64,000 nucleotides of DNA from Takakia lepidozioides (GCA_030704615.1 CM060731.1:63674001-63738000), one strand, 5' to 3'; counted from the stretch's first letter, positions 37,401 to 51,390 are shown. A program made the numbers and translations. Notes: generated by a model not told the origin, from the letters alone.

Positions 37401-39848
37401 GGGGAGGATGCCCTGAAACCGAGGGTTACACTACCCTGAGGGTGACACTGTGCAGAGAGGAGCAACAGGGAAGGAGGGTTACACTGCACCTCAGGGTGAC
37501 ATTGCGGATACCGGTGTGGCTGACAATGCCGTGAGGGACATTGTCGTGGGTGACACACCATTGCCCGTGAACACTGCAACTTCCGTTGAGAGTGACATTG
37601 ACATGGGTTACACTGATAGGGGTGACACCCCACAGCCAACCCACATGGTAGATGTCAGTGAGTGTAACACTGTCATGGATGACATTCCACTACCACTAGT
37701 CGTGGAAGGTGACACTCCTTTGCCACGGCCACTAGTCGCGACGGATGACGGTCTTCCGCTAGTCAACATGGTCTTGGAGGGTGCGGAGAAGGGCGACACA
37801 ATCAAGGATGGCATTGAGGAGGTTGATGCAAAGAAGAGTGACATCGACATGGGTGACACGGGGAAGGGTGTCACCGAGGAGGTTGTCAGTTGGAAGGGTG
37901 ACACAAAGCAGGGTCACACTGAGAAGCGTTTCACTGTGGAGAGTCACGAAGAGAAGGATGTTGCGGAGCATCTAGACACTGAGAAGAGTGACACTGCCAA
38001 GGGTGACACACATAAGATTGTTACTCAGCAGAGTGACACTGGGAAGGAACCCGATGAGAAGGGTGACACTGCGAAGAGTGACACTGATAATGCGGCCAAA
38101 GAGAAGGGTGACACTGAGACCAGTGACACTGGAAGGTAGCCGGAGAGAAGGGTGACACTGAGATGCGTGACTCTGAGGAGGTAGCTGAAGAGAAGGGTGA
38201 CACTAAGAAGAGTGACACTGAGGAGGTAGCCGAAGAGAAGGGTGACATTGAGAAGGAAGCCGAAGAGAAGGGTGACACTGAGAATCGTGACACTGAGGAG
38301 GTAGCCGAAGAGAAGGGTGACACTAAGAAGCGTGACAAGGGGTTTGAACAGAAGGGTGACACTGACAGGGGTAGCACCGAGGAGGTGAGCTGTGACACTT
38401 CTGCCCTTGGTCAATCACCTCCCCAGCACGTCTCAGACGAGGGAGTGCAGTCTTCAGCACTTGCAGCAAACTCAGAACAAGGCACCTCTGGCTCAGAAAT
38501 TCCCCCTACCGGCGGCATTGTCAGGGTTGCAGAGAATCCCAGGAGGTCAAAACGGCCGCCTGCTCAAAGAAAGCGGTTGGCTGAACCCCCTAGCGCTGAC
38601 AAAGAAGTATCTGTTCTTGTCGCACCCAAAAAACAGCGAACCAAACCGAAAGGCAAAAGTGCAGGGGTCTCGGAGGTTGACGTTGTCCAGCAGCAAGAGG
38701 TCCTTGCCAAGCACTTGCGGGAGCGTTCGAGGTACCTCATTGTACTTTGATCCTCTCTGATTTTGAATATTGATTATAACTCTTGTATGATGCATCGTAA
38801 TGTTCGTAATGTGTGGTTTGTTGTGCAGACTAAAACAACGGTACTTGACAAAGTTCAGAATGGTGTCGGACCCTCCTGGGGCGCCCGAAGTGAAGTTTTA
38901 TTATGGCGATGCCTTCTTGGCTTCTAGTCCGTTACAGTTTTACTTGGAAGAGACAGATTTTGAGCCGATGTATAAAATAAGAGCAACTGTCACAGATGCA
39001 TTGCTCTCGGGTTACAACAAACTTCTGGAGGCCAAATTGTTTAAGGCTATCGCACCTGAGTTTGTCATCTGTGCTCCTTTCCAATGGCATGTCATGCGTA
39101 CCAATGGTAACGATCTGCAGACGCTATTCGGGTTGGTGCAAGAATGGTACACTCAGGATGCCCGAGGGATGGTGTTCACAAAGAATCGAGATCTTGTGGA
39201 CGTGGTTGTCATCCCTATTGTCTTCGAGTAAGTAATTTCAGCGTTGACTGAGCATGTTGGGTTACACTCCTCTATTCTAGACTGAGTTGCACTAGTGACT
39301 GCTGACTAGTTGTGTAACACCGTTTAGAGTTACAGTACAAAGGGTTACACTACTGGGTTACACCACAATGGGTTTCATTGGAGATGTTTTTTTCTATTCT
39401 GACGTAACGGCTTTGTTTGTGTTGCAGTGATCACTGGAGTGTTGCTGTTTTAGAGCGCCGAGGTCGGATAGTACATTTGGACTCCCATAAAACCATTGCC
39501 CGACCCAAACTCATTGAAGGAATTTTGCGAAATTTTGCCATAGCGTTCTTTGATTTCATGCCTGGATCTGATGACTTCAGTTACGTCATGGAGAGGATGG
39601 AATGGTTTGAGGCCAGTGTCCCCCAGCAACGGAGCTGTTGGGAGTGCGGCTATTATGCACTTTGTTTTGTGCAATTTTACTTGGAGTGGAAGTTCAATGT
39701 GAAAACCACAGAAGATCGAACCTGTCATAGGCGGGCGTTTACTGCAAGTTGGTTCAACGAGTCAACCATGATAGCTTCCCGTACTCATATGATTAGTTGG
39801 CTGTGTGACGAGATGGACAAAGACTTGGTCAGATGGCCAAAGAAATAA
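34463..39848 (+). pseudogene. MULE cargo gene: C2H2-like zinc finger, acidic KGDT repeats, C-terminal Ulp1/SENP-like (C48) protease; multi-exon, frameshifted (may be two genes)
   Basis: FKCPYCG..SRLNRH near the start; DVVVIPIVF|DHWSVAVL..HLDS..PQQRSCWECGYY gives the His-Asp-Gln-Cys set. GT-AG introns ~38732-38828 and ~39228-39427. Confidence 0.8.
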
Positions 39849-41206
39849 ATAGCGTCTCTTGATGCATTTTTGCTTCTATGTGGTTTGTTCGTAACACTTC
39901 ACAGTTTGGGTTTCATGCAATGGGCTTACATGGGGTTACACCTTATAAGGTTACATGAAGTGGAATCATAGACAAGTACTTGGGTACACCTTTGGGCCCT
40001 GGGGCAATGGGCTTACACTCTGTGGGTTCACACATAAGTGATGGGTTACACCATGCCGGGTCTCACAACGTGGGGTTACACTTATGGGTTACATACAATG
40101 GCGTAGGGTTACATGGTTGGGCCTTCCTGGCTATGTCAGGGTCACGTTGCTGAAACAGTATACTTTCGTGGCATGTAACCCCACCTCGACTATGCGCATT
40201 TGTTTTATTTTTTATTTTTTTCGCACTGAAGTGTTTGTGCACTGAAGTTCTCAGATTTATACTACATGGGGTTACATACATGAGGGCTATGTACAATGGG
40301 TTACATACGATGGGGTCACAATAGTGTGGGGGTAACATCTGGTCGGGCTACATACTTCTTGGAGTTACAACACTCTGGGTTACACTCACTCAAGAGGGTT
40401 ACACAGTTCTAAGTTACACTGTGCACAATGAAAGTGGGCAGGGTTGCCTATACAAGGGCTACGTGTCGTGGGGATACATAAGATGGGGTGATGTAGCATC
40501 GGGGTTTATAGCGTGCACCCCAAATTGTACAATGGGTTACATGCGATGGGGTGACATCAATGGGGGTTACATGTGGTCGGGATACATACTTCTTGGGGTT
40601 ACACAACAACAAGTTACACTCCGGAGGGCTACACTGGTCCATAACATAGGTTGAACGGAATGATTATCTATCTCATGGATTACACACAAATTGGGTTACA
40701 CATAGAGGGGTTACACATACAGGGGCTAGTGTTGGTGACTAAAGGTGCTCGACTTCAGCATCTTCCCACTCTGTATTGAAGGGTCATGTAACCCTGGCAG
40801 ACTAACCCAGACCCTGTAGTCACATTGTAGTCATCCACTTATAATTCTCAGAGTTACACCACTGACAGCAATATTCTATGGGGTTACATACTGGGTTACA
40901 CTGTTGATAGTTACATTGCAGTTACACCACAATGAGTTACACTGAAGAGGTTCACACTCATCTGTGTTACACTGTGTGGAGTACCACAGATGCGAGTTAC
41001 ACTAAGTAGAGCTATGTTACGTTATGAAACCCCAGACAGTGTAACCCTGCGGTGTGTCACCCCGGCCCATGGGTGTCCCATTGAGTGGGTTACATAGGTT
41101 GAATGTGGATGGAATGGCAAAGTGAATAACAACCCATGAACAGACATGTACTTCATATTAAACTTGGTGATCACAAAATAAGTGTCATTGCCAATGGACT
41201 CAATGG

Positions 41207-44200
41207 TCACTTACTACGGAACCGGTCTACAAAATCTACTTTCCTGGCAAGGGACATGTTGTTTCCATCATCATTTTTTATGAATGGAACTGCTTGAAGA
41301 GGGTGCAACAGACCTTTGTCGATTCTAACTTGTAAAGTGGACAGCCTCCCACGAACACAACGAAGCTCGGCAAGCAAATGTTTGCGCATTGTTTCACTCT
41401 CATTGCCAAGAAGCGACAGGGACTTCATCTCAGATTCAATTGATGAAACATCCGATGGCTCCTGCCGACCACACTGGGATGATGCTGAGCACCCTGTAGG
41501 CTCTGCTAGATTCACAACTTCCTCCTCTGCATCAATATCTGGAAGTTCCGATTTCATCAACATGTGAAGACCTCCATGAATGGTCCCGAGCTTTGTGCCA
41601 CAGAGCTTCACAATAGCCCTTCCTTCAGATTTGGCTTCATCAATTGAAGAACGCGGATTTGATGTTTGCACAAGTTACCCTTCAAAGCCCATGGACAATC
41701 GCAACAAGCCCAGGTGGTCGCAGGTGCATAGATTGTGTAGCTTCGACCGGCCGTTTGAACACTATCCACAATCGCCGGATAACCAGGAACAGTGGGCAAA
41801 TGAACATTGACATCAGGGATCTCTCTTGCAGTCCAAACAGCATTACTGATAAATTCCTCATGTCGTACATTCCTTTTGAAGCCTTTCGATTCCAAGTTAT
41901 CTCTATACCAATAGTGGGTTAGAACAGGACCCACGAGTTCGCTGATCAGCCAATCGATTCTCCTGCCATCAAGCCTTTGCTTTCCCGAGCGTAAACGAGC
42001 CTTCAAATTTCCGTGCCAAGATTCAATTGTGGCATTAGTATCCTGACTTGCGTGGGGAATATAACGAGCCCCCGTGATCCACATGCTCAGTTTTGGGACC
42101 CATTCCATTCTGATGTAACGTAGGAAGTCACGCGCAAGCGGATAGGAATAATTCAAATCTTCCAGTCGCTCCAGCGCCCACTCTTCTGGGGTGACTCCCA
42201 CACAGGCATTAATGCCGTACATTACGTCGCCAAGCTGTTTCAAAACAGCATTGCGAGTGTATGGATCGGGCATCTTACGCCAAGAATGTTTTAGCCAAGC
42301 GCGGCGAACATGCCAAAGGCATAGAAATATCGTTACGTCCCCAAACGATTCCCTGCACGCACACACATCAAATGCCACCCAATCCATCAGTGTAACTCGT
42401 TATCAGAGGAACTCTTCGCAGTGTAACTCGTAGGAGTGTAACTCTTCAAAGTGTCACTCTTAGTAGTGTGACTCATGTAACCCCTCGTGCATCTGGTCAT
42501 GTAACTATCAGTGAAACTCACAGCACTGTAACCCAACACATATAACCCCTCGCAGCGCTATAACGCAATCCATGTTACACCGTGTAACTCTCAGAGTGAC
42601 CCAACCCATACAACCCTCTGCGATGCTCCCAGTGTAACTCACATGCTATAGCAGTGCAACCTAATCCATGCAGGACTGCGGATGACACGCCGTGTAACTC
42701 CCAGTGTAACTCACAGTGTAACCCTCTGTCTACCTCATAGCAGTGTAACCCTCAGTCTAACTCACAGCAGTGTAACCCTCGGTCTAACTCACAGCAGTGT
42801 AACCCTCCGTCCAACTCAAGGCAGTATAACCATCTGTCTAACTGATAGTGTAACCCTCAGTGTAACAGACAACACTACAACCCAATCCATGTAACCCCTC
42901 AAGCAACTGACAGTGTAACTCCAAGTGTTACAGGCAGCAATGCACCCCCTCGTGTAACTGGCAGTTTAACTCTTACTGTGATTCTTAGTGTAACTAGCAG
43001 CAGTGTAGCCCGATCCATGAAACCCCTCATGCATGCAACTTGTAGTGTGAATTACTGTGTGACTCAGAACATTGTAACTTCTAGCCGTGTACCTGATAGC
43101 ATTGATTTCTGCGTCTGCATAGTCGACAACAAAAGCATTTGGCCTCCAATCTGGTTTGCTCTGAAGAAGTCGGTCGCGAAGACGTTTCATCCAGGGGCTC
43201 AGGTCAGTCGTTTTGTTTCTCGCTGATATAATATAAGCAACAGGTATGCCGTTGAGCCATTCGTCGAACACCATCATGGTATACATTGGGAACTGCAATG
43301 TCGCAATGGTACAAAAATGAATAAGGTGAGCGTTATAATATTGGCAACAGTTGCATGACACTCACATTTCAGAATGCAATGAAAGGTAAAGCGTGACACG
43401 AATACCTTATTTTCGTTGGTCCCAAATGTTGCATCGCAGGATACCACACGGTTGTGTCCCAGGTCGATCATTTTCTGTTTTTGCCACTCCGTTTGTATTC
43501 CAATTACGAACTTCAAATCACCCGCCACTGGCGCTGTCTCTTCATGGTAGAAGAAGACGCTTTCAGGATTGCTATCGACCCACATACGTACACTTTGTGC
43601 ATCATCTGGATGTTTTTTGTAACTCTCAATCGCAAGCTTGTCGGCAATGTTTCTCACATCGTACTCGAACAAGAAACAATCGCGACTCCACTCCATGCCT
43701 GGCTGAGACGCACAAGCTTCCTGGAGCTGTTGAGTGTGTTGTGTCATAATCATAGCTGGAGATAGGCCATTGCGAAGACTATCGACGATCCACTGTTTCA
43801 TATCTTGGCTGAGACGAGGGGCATGCACGAATCGCGAGAAATGGGAAGAGGGGTCAGCTGAACCATGACATGACTTTCCTTTTGCATCCACATGTTGTTT
43901 CTGGAAGTATGTGATGATTGCCAACTCTGAATCTAGAAACCACTGGCCAACTTTGAAGCTACACGTACACCCACGTTTGTATGACTCTCCGAAATCCGCT
44001 GCCTTACGTCTGATTCGCTTGACTGGTTTTGATTATCGGAGGCTGCTATCGGTTTTTCTTTCTTTTTCACAATCGGCGGGTCCGTGCGCCTATCTATCGG
44101 GCCGTAGCAGCAGTGGTACATGCAAAAAAAGCATATAAAGCGAGGAGGGTTATCGCCATATACGACTTTGCTAGGCTAGCAGAAAGAAGTGGGGCTGGGA

Positions 44201-45107
44201 ATGTTATACAACCCTCATAAGTGACTTACTTATGCCACTGACGATAACTGTTTGCACGCGGTGTTGTCAAATCTGGCAACTCACGGTACCTTCGATCTTG
44301 AACATAAAATTGGGTCTTCCCATCCACTCTACTCCTTTCTCCCTCCAGAAAGTCAGGAATGCGAGACCATGGAACGACAGCTACTTCGATGGATATCCGT
44401 TTCCCTTTTCCCTGGGAAACCTGGCGTATCCAACGGAGGTTTGTGTGATTGAAAAGCCCGTCTATGGGCAGCTGTAGGATGCATTTCAAATGAGATACCA
44501 AATGCTGCAAATGACAGAGTTCTCCCGCCTCATCTTTCAAACCATTTGATTCCAATGCTGCTTTGCGTTCCTCGTCTAGCACCTTCGCGGCAGCACATGC
44601 CATTAGCAGCAACAGTACCACCAGTTCCGGTGACCCGCTTGGAATTACGACATAATAAGGAGGCAATTCAGCGATAGTTGCAACCAATTGTTCGGTAGAC
44701 TCATGTAGATGCCCTGTGACGGCGTTTGGTAGAAAGTGTTGGGATAAGGACAGCTCCAAAGAGGATTCCCCAAGATATTGAGAGTTGCTTTCCACTATGC
44801 AGCCAACCCCAGTTAAATCATCGACCCTGCTAACGGTGGATTCACCTTTTGACATTTTGAGCCTCGAAACAACATCTGAAACACTGATGTGATCACTATC
44901 TATAACAGCAATGGATGCCTGAGTAGACAACAAATTGTCAGGTCTTTGGAAAGCTTCTGGCCTGATCATTTCTACAATATCAGACGATATTGTTTTGCCA
45001 ATCGGAGATGCATTTGTGGCATGAAGAACATATTGATATGGGCATACCTGCAAATGAAATATCGCATAACACACGCGAGCAACGCAGCGGAGCCCTCGGG
45101 ACTGCAC
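41207..45107 (-). pseudogene. MULE DDE transposase with SWIM finger; multi-exon, probably inactive
   Basis: KRGCTCSF Zn-ribbon, DATFGTN (D), AFVVD (D), CLWHVRRAW, TNATIESWH (E), SWIM CDCPWALKGNLCKH. Acceptor at ~44120 reads AT rather than AG; frameshifts at ~44050 and ~41620. Confidence 0.93.
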
Positions 45108-45249
45108 GTCGTCTACGCACCTGGTGAAAATGACGAGCGATGATGGAGTTACACGTGGGTTTTGATGTCACCGAATTGTGTAACCCAGGTTTGAATTCAA
45201 AATATCTGACACCTCTTGGAGCCCGCCAATTTTTGCCGGGCACCAAGGG

Positions 45250-47775
45250 GCTACACGAACAGGGGTGACATGCGTTGGGGATAAAGGATCCGGGGTGACA
45301 CGAGCTATGAGTGACACAATCGGGGGTTACACGGAGGGGATTGATACAATATCGGGGTTACATGGTGGGGTTACAATGTGAGAGTTGCACAATGAGGGTT
45401 ACACGAGGCGGAGCTAAAGGGCTGACGTGCAGAGGGGTATATGGGATAACATGATACAAGCTTACATTGGGGTTACACGATGCAGGATAACATGGAGTGA
45501 GGGTTACACCCCGCGGAGTAACAGAGGGTTACATGGATTACAAAGGGTCATGGGGTTACATGGGAGGGTTACATGGAGTGAGGGTGACACTCAGCGGTGT
45601 TACAGAGGGATAAACGGGTTACGGAGGGTTACATGGTGGTGAGGGTTACACCTGGTGAGGGTTACAGAGAGTCACAGAGGGTCACAGAGGGTTACATGGA
45701 GTGAGGTTACACAGGGGTGAGGGTGACACTCTACGGTGTTACTGAGGGTTACTGAGGGTTACATGGTGGTGAAGGTTACACCTGGTGAGGGTTATAGAGG
45801 GTCACAGAGGGTTACATGGGTTATAGAGGGTCAGAGAGGGTTACATGGAATGAGGGTTACATGGGGTTACATGGGTTACACAGGGTCACAGAGGGTTACA
45901 CGGGTTACGCAGGGTCACAGAGGATTACATGGGTTACAAGGAGTGAGGGATGCATAGGGATGGGGGTGACACTCTGCGGTGTTACAGAGGATTACATGGT
46001 GGTAAGGGTTACACCTAGTGAGGGATATAGAGGGTCACAGAGGGTTACATGGGTTACAGAGGGTTACAGAGGGTCAGAGAGGGTTACATGGAGTGAGGAT
46101 TACATAGGGGTGAGGGTGACATTCTGCGGTGTTACAGAGAATTTACATGGTGGTGAGGGTTACAAAGGGTCACAGAGGGTTACATAAGGGGTGAGGGTGA
46201 CACTCTACGGTGTTACAGAGGATTACATGGGTTACAGAGCCACGGAGGGTCACTGAGGGTTACATGGAGTGAGGGTTACATGGGGATGAGGGTGACACTC
46301 TGCGGTGTCACAGAGGGTTTGTGTGGGTTACGGAGGGTTACATGGTGGCGAGGGTGACACTCTGCGGTGTTACAGAGGGTTACATGGTGGTAAGGGTTAC
46401 ACCTGGTGAGGGATATAGAGGGTCACAGAGGGTTACAGAGGGTCAGAGAGGGTTACATGGAGTGAGGGTTACATAGGGGTGAGGGTGACATTTTGCGGTG
46501 TTACAGGGGGTTACATGGTGGTGAGGGTTACAAGGGGTCACAGAGGGTTACATGGGTTACGGAGGGTTACATAAGGGGTGAGGGTGACACTCCGCGGTGT
46601 TACAAAGGGTTACATGGGTTACAGAGCCACAGAGGGTTTGTGAGGGTTACATGGGGATGAGGGTGACACTCTGCGGTGTCACAAAGGGTTTGTGAGGGTT
46701 ACGGAGGGTTACATGGTGGCGAGGGTGACACTCTGCGGTGTTACAGAGGGTTACATGGTGGTAAGGGTTACACCTGGTGAGGGATATAGAGGGTCACAGA
46801 GGGTTACATGGGTTACAGAGGGTTACATGGTGGTGAGGGTTACATGGGTTACAGAGCCACAAAGGTTTGTGAGGGTTACATGGAGTGAGGGTGACATGGG
46901 ATGAGGGTGACACTCTGCGGTGTCATAGAGGGTTTGTGAGGGTTACAGAGGGTTACATGGTGGCGAGGGTGACACTCTGCAGTGTTACAGAGGGTTACAT
47001 GGTGGTAAGGGTTACACCTGGTGAGGGATATAGAGGGTCACAGAGGGTTACATGGGTTACAGAGGGTTACATGGTGGTGAGGGTTACAGAGGGTCAGAGA
47101 GGGTTACATGGAGTGAGGGTTATATACGGGTGAGGGTGACACTCTGCGGTGTTATAGAGGGTTACATGGTGGTGAGGGTTACAAAGGGTCACAGAGGGTT
47201 ACATGGGTTACAGAGGGTCACAGAGGATTACATGGGTTATAAAGGGTTACAGAGGGTTGCATGGAGTAAGGGTTACACTCTGCGGTGTTACAGAGGGTTA
47301 CATGGGTCACAGAGGGTTACATAGGGTTACATGGGTTGCAAAGTGTTACAGAGGGTTACATGTAGTGAGGGTTACATAGGGGTGGGGGTGACACTCTGCG
47401 GTGTTATAGAGGGTTACAGAGGGTTACATAGGGTTACATGGTGGTGAGGGTTACAGAGGGTCATGGGGTTATATGGGTTACAGAGGGTTACATGGTGGTG
47501 TGGGTTACACTCGGCGGAGTTACAGAGGGTTACATGGGGGTGATGGTTGAACCCGGGGCGGGGGTTACAGGGAACTGGCGGACTGGTGTCGTAGAACGAC
47601 GACGCAGGGGGCGACGACGCCGATGGGATGAGGGCGGGGGTGGGGAAGGATTGACCGAGCCCAGCCGGCTGCCTTTCGATGTCTGCCGGAGGCGAAGAAC
47701 CGGCGGTACGGGTGTCAGGGTTGGACCGTCCTGACGCGCTTGCATTAAGTTCTTACATTATTCCTATTATCTTCC
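45250..47775 (-). repeat. Right TIR with expanded GGGTTACA/GGGTGACA array (~2.3 kb)
   Basis: Well over 100 motif copies with higher-order blocks; mirror image of the left end. Confidence 0.92.
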
Positions 47776-47784
47776 TCATGTTGG

Positions 47785-48145
47785 CTGCCATTGTGCCAGG
47801 TGAGTGTACTCATTTCATGTTTATTATTGCCTTCAACTTTACATTAAACTTCTGATCTTTGACGCAATTCGGATGCAAGATTGATGAGTGACATAATCAT
47901 GGAGTAAGACGTGTAATTCATTTTGTAGTATAATCTGCATATTGGTGGAGCATTGAAACAATGATGTGAATGTCTCAAAGGAAAAAAACAAGTGGCAAAC
48001 ATGGACACGTACTTGCGACCTCTTGTTGATGAACTTAAAGAGCTATGGAGGGGGGTCCTGACATTGGATGCTTCACTTGACCCTATGGCCGGACAATCTT
48101 TTCAGATGAGAGGCATCTTGCTTTGGACAATGCATGATTATCCAG
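47785..48145 (+). pseudogene. CACTA transposase piece 3 (with intron ~47800-47980)
   Basis: AAIVPG|KKQVANMDTYLRPLVDELKELWEG..FQMRGILLWTMHDYP continues piece 2 across the MULE TSD. Confidence 0.92.
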
Positions 48146-51100
48146 ATATATTATGTTCCCCATGAGAACCAGCCACTGTGAGTTTACAGGATGAAGTGGT
48201 GACTGGTTGGACAATCACAGCTGATGAGCAGGTGAGGGAAGTGAATGTGGGAACTAAAGAGGAACCGAGGATGGTGAAGGTAGGAGCTGATTTGGAGCCA
48301 GAATTCTTTGAAGAAGCTAAGAGTTTGTTCATCAAATACAGAGATGTATTTGCTTGGAGCTACGAGGATCTAAAAGGGATACCACCTGAGATCTGTCAAC
48401 ATAAGATTAAACTGGAACCAGGGTCAGTACCAATCAAGCATGCGAGGTACAGAATGAATCCCAACTATGCACAGAAGGTTGGAGAAGAGATCAAGAAGTT
48501 GGCTGAGGCTAAGTTTATATACCCAATAGAGTATACAACTTGGTTGTCACCCATTGTGATAGTTCCCAAGAAGAATGGTAAACTAAGAGTTTGTGTGAAT
48601 TATAAGAAGTTGAATGCTTGCACGAAGAAGGATCCATTCCCCTTGCCATTCACAGAAGCAGTATTGGACACTGTGGCAGGCCATGAGATGTACTCATTCA
48701 TGGATGGCTTCAGTGGTTATAATCAAGTGCAAGTGGCAGAAGAAGACCAGGGAAAGACAACTTTCATCACAAACTGGGGTGCTTATGCATACAAAGTCAT
48801 GCCCTTTGGACTTTGTAATGCACCAGCAACCTTTCAGAGAGTGATAAGTGAATCTTTTCATGAGTATCTGGATGATTTCATGCAGGTATTCTTGGATGAT
48901 TTCAGTGTGTACAGCTCTAAAAATGAACATTTGCATAAATTGGAGTTATGTCTGGCCAGATGCAGAATGAGAGGTCTGGGCCTGAATCCAGAGAAATGTA
49001 CTTTCTGTATGAACTCAGGGGTGCTTCTGGGACACATTGTGTGTAAGAGGGGACTTCTTGTGGATCCCAGGAAGACAGAGGCCATTAAAGCCTCTCCACC
49101 ACCAGTAAATGCTAAGAGTCTAAGGAGATTCCTGGGACAAACCAGCTATTACAGAAGATTTGTCAGACGGTATGCATAGATAGCAGCACCATTGAGCAAA
49201 CTTCTGAAGAAAGATACAGTGTTTGCATGGACACCTGAATGTCAACAGGCTTTTGAGGAACTTACATTGTCAGTAACAACTACACCTGTGCTGATTAATC
49301 CTCACTGGCAGGAAATATTTCATGTTCACTGTGATGCTTTAGGAGAAGCACTGGGAGCAGCGTTAGCCCAAAATGTTACAGGAAGGATAGATTCACCTGT
49401 GTACTATGCTAGCCGATTGATGAATAATGCCGAAAGAAATTATAGCACAACGGAAAGATAAGCATTGACAATGATCTATGCAGTGAAGAAATTCAGGCAT
49501 TACCTGTTGGGCAAGAAGTTTATGTTCTATGTGGATCACCAGGCTCTGATATACCTGGTAAACAAACTCTGATAAGCGGAAGAATAGCAAGATGGTTGAT
49601 AATCTTGCACGAGTTTGAGTTCGAGGTTGTTTACAAGCCTGGGAGGCTGCATCTTGTGGCGGATCACTTGTCACGGTTATCAACAGGAGAACCAGCCACG
49701 GGAGTAGATGATCAATTACCAGATGCGAGTCTATTTGCAGTGCAGGTGCAGTGAAGTGCAGATGACTGGTTAGATTGGCAGTGGCCAATCAGATACTACC
49801 TTGCTCATGGTCAGTGCCCACCAAGTTATGGAAAGGAGCAGAGAAAGAGAATTGCTATCAAGGCTCTACCTTACACTATGGTAGGAAGCATAATGTATAA
49901 GCTAGGACCAGATAGAGTGCTGAAGCGATGCTTATACCACCATGAAGTTAATAAAGTTTTGGAGGAAGTTCCTAAAGGAGTGGCAGGAGGTCATTTTGGA
50001 GAAGAGACTACCAATAGGAAGATACTACTGGCAGGTTACTGGTGGCCTACTTTGTTCAAAGATGTACACAAGTATTGTCAGAGTTGTGATGAATGTCAGA
50101 GGCAAGGACCTTTGCAGAGATCTGGGAAGATGGCTTTGCATCCTACAATGCCTACGAAACCATTTCAGAAATGGGGACTAGACTTTGTTGGACCAATTAA
50201 CCCACCAGCCAAGAATACACAGAACAGGTACATAATTACAGCCACCGATTATACTACGAAGTGGGTGGAAGCTAAAGCTTTGAGGGACAACACAGCCAAG
50301 TCCACAGCAAGGTTCCTGTATGAGAACATACTTACACGATTTGGCTGTCCCTTGGAATTTATCAGTGATCAGGGAAGTCACTTCATTAATGAGACCATTG
50401 AATTATTAACTAAGGAGTTCATGATTGTGCATAAGAAGAGCACAACCTATTACCCACAAGGTAATGGACAGGCAGAGGCTACCAACAAAATACTATGTAC
50501 TATCTTGGCTAAGATAGTCAATGCAAACAGAACGGATTGGGATACAAAGTTGCTGACAGCTTTGTGGTCATACAGGACTTCATATAAAGTCACCACTAAG
50601 TATACACCATTCCAATTAGTTTATGGTATGGAAGCTTTACTTCCAGTGGAATTCCTGTTACCTACCATGAGAACGGAATGGGGAAAGAGAATGGAATTAA
50701 AATATTCAATTAAGGTCAGGAAACATGAATTATACCATGCGGAAGAAGTATGTGCTGATGCAGCTGATAACATGACCAGAATTCAGATGAAGAGAAAGGA
50801 ACAGTTTGATGAAGGCAAGTTAAAGACTTTTAAGACAGGAGATTTGGTTCTCTGGTTGCAGAAGAAGGGAAAGAATAAAGCTTCTAAGCTTAAATCACCA
50901 TGGAAAGGACCTTATGTCATACAGAAGATGTATGATAACAAAACCACCATGTTACAAACCATTAACAAAAAGATGCTGGGAAGAGTCAATGCCAATAAGT
51001 TGAAGGGGTACAGTGGTATCCATGACAAACCATTGCAGCATGATTTGCATGTTGAAACGCAGAAGCAGTCACGGGCTGCGCCAGTGATACCAACGGAGTA

Positions 51101-51149
51101 TGGAGCACTTGTCACTAGGACGAGCATATATGACCAGGGCGGGCAGTAC

Positions 51150-51390
51150 AAGCGTGACAGAGCCTATCACAGCTCATCACGGCGTGACACAGCCTATCAC
51201 AGCCCATCAAGGCGTGACACAGCCTATCACAGCCCATCACAGTGTGTCACAGCCTATCACAGCCCATCACGGTGTCACACAGCCTATCACAACCTACCAC
51301 AGCGTGTCACAGCCTATCACAGCTTACCACAGTGCCACACAACCTATCACAGCGTACCACAGTATGACACAACTTGTCACAGCTCAACAC
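51150..51390 (+). repeat. 30-bp tandem repeat (~8 copies) downstream of integrase
   Basis: CGTGACACAGCCTATCACAGCCCATCACGG-like units, translated as TAYHSPSRRD. Confidence 0.9.

Larger units (their letters stand above)
32212..47775. mobile_element. Complete Mutator-like element (MULE), 15,564 bp
   Basis: TIR GGAAGATAATAGGAATAATG.. at both ends, perfect 9-bp TSD TCATGTTGG (32203-32211 and 47776-47784), internal SWIM transposase. Confidence 0.97.

Noticed and set aside
45250-47580. Telomere or CRISPR interpretation of the arrays
   Set aside because: Unit is not TTTAGGG, there are no unique spacers or cas genes, and the arrays lie inside TIRs bounded by a TSD.
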